Source: a virus (Duplodnaviria; Caudoviricetes). From it: a stretch of DNA of 64,000 nucleotides. Under the pieces are notes generated by a model that was given only the letters and a program-made list of their open reading frames with translations, was not told where the DNA came from and ran no database searches. Of this stretch, positions 17,139 to 23,335 are shown in pieces (position 1 is the first letter of the stretch; every line of letters begins with the position of its first letter). A program made the translations under genes and the position numbers. The stretch lies in IMG/VR virus record IMGVR_UViG_3300047551_002158. One strand, 5' to 3'.

Positions 17139-17222
17139 GGACACTTGAAGAACTGGCACAGGGACACTCCAAATGCCCCTGTGATGCCTTATAATAACCT
17201 CATAAGCAACCAACCGATGACT
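17134..17222 (+). repeat. early-promoter cassette repeat, copy 3
   Basis: Near-identical to 14603-14692. Confidence 0.85.
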
Positions 17223-17417
17223 GAAGAACAAATCCTTGAAATTGCTGAAAATCACCTAACTCTTGAAAAGTGGGAGGACATTTGTTGGAGGGCAGATACT
17301 TTACAACTCTTGAAGTTTGCCCGAGAACTTTATGATGAGGGTTATACAAAAGGTTTCAAAGTAGGACACGATGCTGGTTGGGAACTAAACGATGAAGTAT
17401 CACGCAGAGGATTATGA
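17217..17417 (+). CDS. hypothetical protein
   Basis: MTEEQILEIAENHL...; the likely start follows the cassette. Confidence 0.65.
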   Translation: MTEEQILEIAENHLTLEKWEDICWRADTLQLLKFARELYDEGYTKGFKVGHDAGWELNDEVSRRGL

Positions 17418-17680
17418 CTTTACTTGAAACTCTTGAATACTTTCTCACAGAAACCGCAGCAGATATGGATGGTTTGTCTTGGGAAATCCGTGAGGAAACT
17501 AACTTTGAGGACAACAACATAGAACATTTGACTGAATGTTATGATTTCAATAAACAACTTTATGATAATCTCAAACAAATCAAATCTATTATTGAGAATA
17601 TTGAAGCACTAAAATGGGCAGATAAAATTTTAGATGGTGTTGATTTGAATGAGGAACTACCTGATGAAGAAACTACCTGA
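17414..17680 (+). CDS. hypothetical protein
   Basis: Coupled to the upstream gene. Confidence 0.65.
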   Translation: MTLLETLEYFLTETAADMDGLSWEIREETNFEDNNIEHLTECYDFNKQLYDNLKQIKSIIENIEALKWADKILDGVDLNEELPDEETT

Positions 17681-17819
17681 TAAACTACAACTTGATATTA
17701 TGTGGAGTGTTGCTACAAGTTCAGCAATAGAAACAAGACAGAAACCACATCTTATTTTTGCTAAACTTCTTTATGACGAACTAAACGACATCAAATTGCC
17801 AGTAGAACTTGGTAAATAA
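17664..17819 (+). CDS. 51-aa hypothetical protein
   Basis: MKKLPDKLQLDIMWSVATSSAIE..., read manually. Confidence 0.55.
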   Translation: MKKLPDKLQLDIMWSVATSSAIETRQKPHLIFAKLLYDELNDIKLPVELGK

Positions 17820-17821
17820 AA

Positions 17822-18088
17822 TTGGAATGGACATCTGCCGATCGTTATTATGGATTGGGTGATTTTGCTAGAAAGACTGGTGGTAATCCATCGTCTATTC
17901 ACACGCAACTTAATTATCTAACGACTGAGGTTCAATGGAAACGAATTGTAGATAGGATGAAAACTCCTGGTAAGTCTATCGATCGTTACATGAACTATGC
18001 GTATAGTTGGATTGGTTGGGGGCATCATGGTGCCCGCACTTCGTATGCCTATGATTATGCCAACCGACTGATCACGGTAGAAGTTTGA
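17822..18088 (+). pseudogene. orphan 3' fragment of the tail-lysozyme gene
   Basis: 62 of 87 aa identical by manual alignment to the C-terminus of 13233..13859; begins within the GYGLIQWT motif; no catalytic N-terminal half. Confidence 0.85.
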
Positions 18089-18137
18089 TACAATAGAATA
18101 ATAAATAGTGGGGAGTAACAACTACTCCCCCTTTTTT

Positions 18138-18437
18138 ATGTCTATAGAAAATCTTCCAGACGACGAAAAGGATATTATAAATCTTGCCTCAAAGGCGGGA
18201 TATTTAAAAGTTTCTACTGATATAGGGGAAATCAAACTCAACTCATATAATCAAGTAGAAATTCAACCAAAAGGAACACCATTTGGGGCAAAGATAAAGG
18301 TTGAAGAGAATGGTAATGTAACTCCAACATTAACTTTCGATACTAAAAAACTGAGAGAACCAAAAAAGAATATAGATACAAAACAACTATTGGACGATGC
18401 TCTAGAGGATTTTTGGAATGAGCAAGACCAAGTTTAA
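18138..18437 (+). CDS. hypothetical protein
   Basis: MSIENLPDDE... after a terminator-like hairpin at 18107-18136. Confidence 0.65.
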   Translation: MSIENLPDDEKDIINLASKAGYLKVSTDIGEIKLNSYNQVEIQPKGTPFGAKIKVEENGNVTPTLTFDTKKLREPKKNIDTKQLLDDALEDFWNEQDQV

Positions 18438-18708
18438 TATCTTTGAGTTTAAGTATGGAAGGGAAAAGAAATCTCTAAAAGAATTGATAAAAATAGGAGC
18501 CGTATTGCACGGTTCATTGGATATAATTTCTTTAATACCAGGAATAGAAAAAAAGAAAGTTTTTAATTTAATTGATATTATTCAATTAAAAATGGGAACG
18601 ATTAGTATTATTAACGATTATATTATTCGGGATGAAGAATTGCTCTCTTATCGTATAGATAGGGTGGTTACTAAAGCAATCTCAGAGTACGAAAAGGATA
18701 ATGTTTAA
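18418..18708 (+). CDS. hypothetical protein
   Basis: Overlaps both neighbours. Confidence 0.6.
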   Translation: MSKTKFNIFEFKYGREKKSLKELIKIGAVLHGSLDIISLIPGIEKKKVFNLIDIIQLKMGTISIINDYIIRDEELLSYRIDRVVTKAISEYEKDNV

Positions 18709-19126
18709 ACTTTTTGAGATTAGAAGCGGAAAATTTACTGCTCTTCCGGATATAAGTCCAAAGAACATTAAGAGATCAATTATTGCTGTTGTTATTGTGG
18801 CAGTAGTTGTTTTCTTATCTGGATGGTTGAAGATTGAAGAGAAGGAACTTTGGAAGTTTTATAACTCTATTATACAGCATTTTGGATTAAAAGAAAACCT
18901 ACCAGACATAAAGAATAATAAAAAACTTGAAGCAAATATAGAGTCTGAAGTTGATAGGGCAATAGAAGAATATAAACGCTTGACAGGGTATTCAAATGAA
19001 CCTATAATACCTTTGCCAAGGTTGATTGAAGTAGCTCCTGATAATTCTATATGTTACTCTGAAGAATGTAAGAAACTTGGTGGAGAAATGAGATTATGTG
19101 CTCCTTGGAGAGAAGATTGCGTTTAA
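18701..19126 (+). CDS. membrane-anchored hypothetical protein
   Basis: TM segment SIIAVVIVAVVVFLSGWL; Cys-rich C-terminus. Confidence 0.7.
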   Translation: MFKLFEIRSGKFTALPDISPKNIKRSIIAVVIVAVVVFLSGWLKIEEKELWKFYNSIIQHFGLKENLPDIKNNKKLEANIESEVDRAIEEYKRLTGYSNEPIIPLPRLIEVAPDNSICYSEECKKLGGEMRLCAPWREDCV

Positions 19127-19166
19127 AGCGTCTAAATAACATATCCTTATTATATTAGAGGTTATT

Positions 19167-19361
19167 ATGTCATCATCACAACAACTACTTGATGCTGTTG
19201 AAGCGTGGAAAGTAGAAGACGAAAAGTTTACTAATGGTAATGCATCTGCAGGTACTCGTGCTCGTAAAGCACTTCAGGAAATTGCTAAACTTGTAAAAGC
19301 ACGTAGATCAGAAATCACTGAAGAAAAGACCGCACGTAAGGAAGCAAAAGCATCTGGTTGA
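19167..19361 (+). CDS. histone H1-like (Hc1-family) small basic protein
   Basis: KFTNGNASAGTRARKALQEIAKL motif; CTAAATA upstream. Confidence 0.7.
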   Translation: MSSSQQLLDAVEAWKVEDEKFTNGNASAGTRARKALQEIAKLVKARRSEITEEKTARKEAKASG

Positions 19362-19472
19362 CATTTGAGCACCAGTCCCTTATAATACTCTCATAGGCAG
19401 CGGGGGTCCAAACTCCGCATAAATCCTTCACCCCCCAAGCCTCTTTATAATGCTCAAACAGGGGGGTCTCTT

Positions 19473-19546
19473 GTCTCAGTAGCTCAGTTGGATAGAGCAT
19501 CTGCCTTCTAAGCAGTTGGTCGGGGGTTCAAGTCCCTCCTGAGACG
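19473..19546 (+). tRNA. trnR: tRNA-Arg(TCT)
   Basis: Cloverleaf; anticodon loop CT-TCT-AA. Confidence 0.92.
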
Positions 19547-19642
19547 TTACCACTTGCGCTGGAAAGATAAACCAGAATGCCGTGGTAAGATAGAGGGTAA
19601 GCCTCTGTTATATCCTTGAGGTATATTACGTTTACTCCATCT

Positions 19643-19725
19643 GCTTCAGTGGTGGAACGGTAGACACAGCGGACTTAGAATCCGCCGCCTTAAAAAGCGT
19701 GGAAGTTCAAATCTTCTCTGGAGCA
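19643..19725 (+). tRNA. trnL: tRNA-Leu(TAG)
   Basis: GCGGA-CT-TAG-AA-TCCGC; long variable arm. Confidence 0.92.
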
Positions 19726-19765
19726 CTTGACAATCAAACTTAAATAGTTTATGATTGTCTTATAA

Positions 19766-19836
19766 GCGGGTATGGTGTAGCGGTAACACGCCATCCTTCC
19801 AAGTTGGAATCACCGGTTCGAACCCGGTTACCCGCT
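19766..19836 (+). tRNA. trnG: tRNA-Gly(TCC)
   Basis: GCGGGTA acceptor stem; CT-TCC-AA loop. Confidence 0.92.
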
Positions 19837-19838
19837 TT

Positions 19839-19911
19839 CCTCTGCGTAGTCTATTGGTAAGGACGGGTGGACAACACACATGGAAACTGGGTTCGATTCC
19901 CAGCCAGAGGT
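19839..19911 (+). ncRNA. atypical tRNA-like RNA (non-canonical anticodon loop)
   Basis: Canonical T arm CTGGG-TTCGATT-CCCAG and D arm GTC/GAC; acceptor stem bulged; loop GACAACA lacks U33. Confidence 0.6.
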
Positions 19912-19928
19912 ACACTTACTTTTTTCTT

Positions 19929-20108
19929 ATGGAAGTTGAAATTAATTCTATAAATATCGCAAGACTTCTAAGTGAATTAGAAGGTTGCTATATCTTCACC
20001 AAGTATATGGGTTTTGAAGATGATATGAATACAATTGATGAAATGAAGAAACGTTATTATAAACTTTACTTCAAACTTTATAAGGAAGAAAAAAGTAATC
20101 CACAATAG
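19929..20108 (+). CDS. hypothetical protein within the tRNA cluster
   Basis: MEVEINSINIARLLSELEG...; its stop codon lies inside tRNA-Asn. Confidence 0.65.
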   Translation: MEVEINSINIARLLSELEGCYIFTKYMGFEDDMNTIDEMKKRYYKLYFKLYKEEKSNPQ

Positions 20109-20170
20109 CTCAGCGGTAGAGTCGGTGACTGTTAATCACTTGGTCCCTGGTTCGAATCCAGGTTGTGGAG
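20099..20170 (+). tRNA. trnN: tRNA-Asn(GTT)
   Basis: TCCACAA/TTGTGGA acceptor stem; CT-GTT-AA loop. Confidence 0.92.
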
Positions 20171-20237
20171 TTGGGTGGTCGCGGTTGACGGTTAATTACC
20201 TTCTCAACATGCGAGTGGGAATACCTACCACCCTTAA

Positions 20238-20310
20238 GGGCGATTAACTCAGCGGTCAGAGTGTCTGCTTTACACGCAGAAAGTCCACGGTTCAAATCCG
20301 TGATTGCCCA
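20238..20310 (+). tRNA. trnV: tRNA-Val(TAC)
   Basis: TCTGC-TT-TAC-AC-GCAGA. Confidence 0.92.
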
Positions 20311-20337
20311 CTTGATAAATAAAAATAAAAGAGTATA

Positions 20338-20772
20338 ATGGAAAAACTGTATAAATTACTCAGTGATGCTCAGTCATCACTTTTTGTTTTATTCCATAAA
20401 ACTTGGGCATTTCATTGGAATGTTGTTGGTGAAGATTTCACTCAACTTCATCAACTCTTTGGTGGTCAGTATGAAACTATGTTTGAAGAGATTGACCGTC
20501 TCTCAGAACATATGAGATACTTAAATGTAAAACCTCTCAGTTCTCTCTCCAGAATGCTTGAGGTAACTCAAATTAAAGAGGCAGCAAGTTCGACAGGAGC
20601 AAAGGAAATGCTTCAAGAACTTCTTGAAAACAACGAAAAGTTTTGTGAGTTGATGGTAGAAATCTCAGAAGAAGCAGAAGAACAAAAGTCATATGCTACT
20701 GCTAATTTAGTTCAAGATTTAATGGAATCGCACGGTAAATTTATTTGGATGTTAAGATCACACCTACAATGA
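20338..20772 (+). CDS. dps: Dps ferritin-like DNA-protection protein
   Basis: FHWNVVG, FTQLHQLF, IDRLSEH and HGKFIWML motifs. Confidence 0.92.
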   Translation: MEKLYKLLSDAQSSLFVLFHKTWAFHWNVVGEDFTQLHQLFGGQYETMFEEIDRLSEHMRYLNVKPLSSLSRMLEVTQIKEAASSTGAKEMLQELLENNEKFCELMVEISEEAEEQKSYATANLVQDLMESHGKFIWMLRSHLQ

Positions 20773-20787
20773 ATAGGATGAAGAACA

Positions 20788-21039
20788 ATGTTATCAATAA
20801 GATGCAAAGACTGTAATAGAGAATTAACAGGACATCATTCAAAAACAGTAAGTTGTGGATGTCCAAATATGGCAACAATTCGCGGAGATAAGATTTCAGC
20901 ACTTGACTTATCCCGTATTGTTATGTTAAACTCTTTAAAAGAAAATTCAAAAACAAACATACTGACCTCTCAAGATATTGCTTGGCAGGAAGCACGTAGA
21001 CAACGTAAAGTTCGTCGTTTGGATTTTGAGGTTCGCTGA
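20788..21039 (+). CDS. conserved Cys-rich (zinc-ribbon-like) hypothetical protein
   Basis: CKDC...SCGCPN motifs. Confidence 0.7.
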   Translation: MLSIRCKDCNRELTGHHSKTVSCGCPNMATIRGDKISALDLSRIVMLNSLKENSKTNILTSQDIAWQEARRQRKVRRLDFEVR

Positions 21040-21049
21040 ACCTCTCATT

Positions 21050-21134
21050 GGAAAGGTGGCCGAGTGGTTTAAGGCAACTGTCTTGAAAACAGTCGATGTG
21101 AGAGCATCCGGAGGTTCGAATCCTCTCCTTTCCG
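21050..21134 (+). tRNA. trnS: tRNA-Ser(TGA)
   Basis: ACTGT-CT-TGA-AA-ACAGT; long variable arm; G73. Confidence 0.93.
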
Positions 21135-21249
21135 TTTTAAGTTAAGTTACAAATTTAACAATCTCTTCAGCAGTGTTAAGAATTCAACACCAAATGTTGA
21201 CGATGAAAGTTCTGTGGATAGTATATAGTAGTACTATCATTCAAAACTT

Positions 21250-21399
21250 ATGGACCAACATACCTATAATAATTGGGTCCGTATAAAGGAAACATTTGAA
21301 AAGTCTGGTAATACAGATAATATGTTCTATAAAAGAGCAATTGAAATTGTAAAAACAAGAGTTGATCCTCTTGCTAAATTTCTTGGAGATGAAAAGTGA
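21250..21399 (+). CDS. 49-aa conserved hypothetical protein
   Basis: MDQHTYNNWVRIKETFEKSGNTDNMFYKRA..., read manually. Confidence 0.65.
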   Translation: MDQHTYNNWVRIKETFEKSGNTDNMFYKRAIEIVKTRVDPLAKFLGDEK

Positions 21400-21599
21400 T
21401 GGAACCTCAAGACGAATTTATTACACGTTCTGAAGTTCAGGAGATGATCGATGCAGCAATACGACGACACAACCGTAATGCTTCTATCATTAGCATGTGC
21501 GTCGGTTGGGTGGTTCTTGCTTTATTTGCTGAAGGACTATTAAGACTGATTGGAGTTATTCCTCCACTACTTCCTTTTCTTAAAATTACTTTAAATTAA
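21399..21599 (+). CDS. small membrane protein
   Basis: EVQEMIDAAIRRHNRNA followed by a TM helix. Confidence 0.7.
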   Translation: MEPQDEFITRSEVQEMIDAAIRRHNRNASIISMCVGWVVLALFAEGLLRLIGVIPPLLPFLKITLN

Positions 21600-21604
21600 A
21601 GAAG

Positions 21605-21694
21605 ATGAGTAATACCATATATACTGCAATAACAATCTTTGGAGTTATTGGTTATTTAATTATTTGGGCCTTGACACACGCTTATCCATCATGA
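21605..21694 (+). CDS. 29-aa membrane peptide
   Basis: MSNTIYTAITIFGVIGYLIIWALTHAYPS; ATGA-coupled to the next ORF. Confidence 0.55.
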   Translation: MSNTIYTAITIFGVIGYLIIWALTHAYPS

Positions 21695-21810
21695 TAAAAT
21701 TTGTAGAGTTCCTTCTGACCAACCAAGTGTCTTTATTCGTCATTGGTTGCCTCTTGACAATCGCTCCAGCAATGGGTATAATGATTGTACATTCAACGAA
21801 GGAAAAGTAA
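21691..21810 (+). CDS. 39-aa membrane peptide
   Basis: MIKFVEFLLTNQVSLFVIGCLLTIAPAMGIMIVH...; ends immediately before tRNA-Pro. Confidence 0.55.
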   Translation: MIKFVEFLLTNQVSLFVIGCLLTIAPAMGIMIVHSTKEK

Positions 21811-21886
21811 CGGAGTATCGCCTAACTTGGTCATGGCACCTGCTTTGGGAGCAGGAATAATTTCGGTTCAAATCCGAATACTCCGA
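21811..21886 (+). tRNA. trnP: tRNA-Pro(TGG)
   Basis: CCTGC-TT-TGG-GA-GCAGG; C1 start typical of Pro. Confidence 0.9.
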
Positions 21887-21903
21887 CTCATAAATCTCAC
21901 TTT

Positions 21904-22134
21904 ATGAAAATGAATCAGGAAATTGACGATCTTACAACGTTTACAATTGAAGAATTTCAGGCAGATTTTGACAATCTTATGAATAGAGTTGAAAGTGGAG
22001 AATCATTTATCATAAAAAGTGAGCATGGAAATGCAGTAATAGTACCATATAACGAAGTGGTGCAAGTATTTCAAGAATCTGGTATGAGTGACGAACTCAT
22101 ACGAATACACACAGACCACGAAGAAGGTTCTTGA
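21904..22134 (+). CDS. Phd/YefM-like antitoxin-fold protein
   Basis: FTIEEFQADFDNLMNRVESGESFII...AVIVPY pattern. Confidence 0.65.
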   Translation: MKMNQEIDDLTTFTIEEFQADFDNLMNRVESGESFIIKSEHGNAVIVPYNEVVQVFQESGMSDELIRIHTDHEEGS

Positions 22135-22173
22135 CAAAGGGTTCCAGGTCCTCTACAATAGATCTGGTTTTAA

Positions 22174-22261
22174 GCGAGTGAGACTTGGTAGTCAGAGAGG
22201 TCTTATAAACCTTTTCCGCCAGATTAGCGGCTTTGAGATGGTTCGAATCCATCCACTCGTA
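22174..22261 (+). tRNA. atypical tRNA with TAT anticodon and long variable arm
   Basis: GCGAGTG/CACTCGT acceptor, GAGGT-CT-TAT-AA-ACCTT, CCGC/GCGG variable arm, canonical T arm, shortened D region, A73. Confidence 0.75.
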
Positions 22262-22265
22262 CCTT

Positions 22266-22338
22266 GCTCCTTTAGCAATCTGGTGAATGCAGCGAACTCA
22301 TAATTCGCCTGAGGCGTGTTCGATCCACGCAAGGAGCA
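22266..22338 (+). tRNA. tRNA with CAT anticodon (elongator Met or Ile2)
   Basis: GCGAA-CT-CAT-AA-TTCGC; paired G1-C72, so not an initiator tRNA. Confidence 0.88.
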
Positions 22339-22414
22339 CTGGACGCTTACTAAAGCGTCCTACTTGACTTTCAAACATCACTTCTCTATAATACTAAGGT
22401 CAACAATCAAAACA

Positions 22415-22630
22415 ATGACTCTCACTTCTAAATTCAAGAAAGACGTTCAAACCCTTCGTGGTGCAGCAAATGGCGAATTCTACCTTGATGTAAAGAATCC
22501 GAAACTCTACAAAAAGGTTCGTCGTTACTATGAAAACGAAGGTGTGGTATTTTCTGGTGATCCTCTGGATGATTATGAAATGCTTATGGAATATGTCGCT
22601 GCTGATCTTGAGTCTGTTGAGGTTGCATGA
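22415..22630 (+). CDS. conserved cyanophage hypothetical protein
   Basis: MTLTSKFKKDVQTLRGAANG...; TTGACT-N17-TATAAT promoter upstream. Confidence 0.75.
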   Translation: MTLTSKFKKDVQTLRGAANGEFYLDVKNPKLYKKVRRYYENEGVVFSGDPLDDYEMLMEYVAADLESVEVA

Positions 22631-22860
22631 AGACTAAAGTTCTTCTTGAACGAGAAGGATATCGCTTTATAGAAGCAGGTATTCTTGAGATAAATGGTAA
22701 ACCAGATTATCGTCTGCAAAAGCAGAATTACTATACAAAACGCTGGTACGACATTTATTTGTTTGATAATCAAATGCAGTGTTTAACTGCTATGGAAGAT
22801 CATCAATATTGTCGTTGGTTAGATCCAGATCGTGTTCCTTGTTATGTAAAAGATGATTAA
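22627..22860 (+). CDS. conserved cyanophage hypothetical protein
   Basis: GILEINGKPDYRLQKQ motif; coupled overlap. Confidence 0.75.
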   Translation: MKTKVLLEREGYRFIEAGILEINGKPDYRLQKQNYYTKRWYDIYLFDNQMQCLTAMEDHQYCRWLDPDRVPCYVKDD

Positions 22861-22907
22861 ATAGTCACGGAGAGACTTTAAAAGTACTGGTCGGGAGCAA
22901 ACCCCTT

Positions 22908-23135
22908 ATGTCCAAGACAAGTATCTTAAGATATCTTGGAAACCTTCTCCTCATAATTGGTTATCAAACTATGTTATGGGGAGATTTTAAATACGGTTTA
23001 ATGTTAAAAGTTGTTGGGGGATTACTCACAGTACCTTTTGCTATTAAACTTAAACTTTGGGATGTATTATTCCTGTGTGCTTTCTTTGGTATTTCCGAGA
23101 TATCAAAAGTAGTACAACTTTTCTCAGTTAGTTAA
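22908..23135 (+). CDS. small multi-pass membrane protein
   Basis: Three hydrophobic segments. Confidence 0.7.
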   Translation: MSKTSILRYLGNLLLIIGYQTMLWGDFKYGLMLKVVGGLLTVPFAIKLKLWDVLFLCAFFGISEISKVVQLFSVS

Positions 23136-23169
23136 AACTGAGTGGTGGAGTCAAAAATGACCCTATTAT

Positions 23170-23265
23170 GAGTTTCTTGCTTCTCTCAAGAGCAAGTGGT
23201 GCGGATGGGGAATTCTTTCTCCGCCTGGTTTCCAATTTCCAGTCAAAGAATTGGTGGCGAGCCTG
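23170..23265 (+). ncRNA. wcaG/manA-type cyanophage RNA motif
   Basis: Two tandem H-type pseudoknots (CTTGC/GCAAG; CCAATT/AATTGG), each followed by UGGYG; located upstream of a WcaG-family epimerase. Family assignment is from memory. Confidence 0.65.
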
Positions 23266-23272
23266 AGCACAT

Positions 23273-23301
23273 AGGGTGGGTTGCATAAACCCACCCTTTT
23301 T
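23273..23301 (+). terminator. intrinsic terminator overlapping a sigma70 promoter
   Basis: AGGGTGGGT/ACCCACCCT stem plus T run; TTGCAT-N17-TATAAT at 23281-23309. Confidence 0.75.
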
Positions 23302-23335
23302 AGTATAATATATACTAAGAGTAAATTATTCATCT

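Noticed and set aside
19755-19928. N-terminal extension of the 19755..20108 ORF
   Set aside because: It runs through tRNA-Gly and the tRNA-like element; the ATG at 19929 is the plausible start.
22341-22360. GGACGCTT-N4-AAGCGTCC palindrome as another member of the 39-bp promoter class
   Set aside because: Spacing to TATAAT is 34 bp, a normal TTGACT -35 is present, and it directly follows a tRNA, so an RNA hairpin is more likely.
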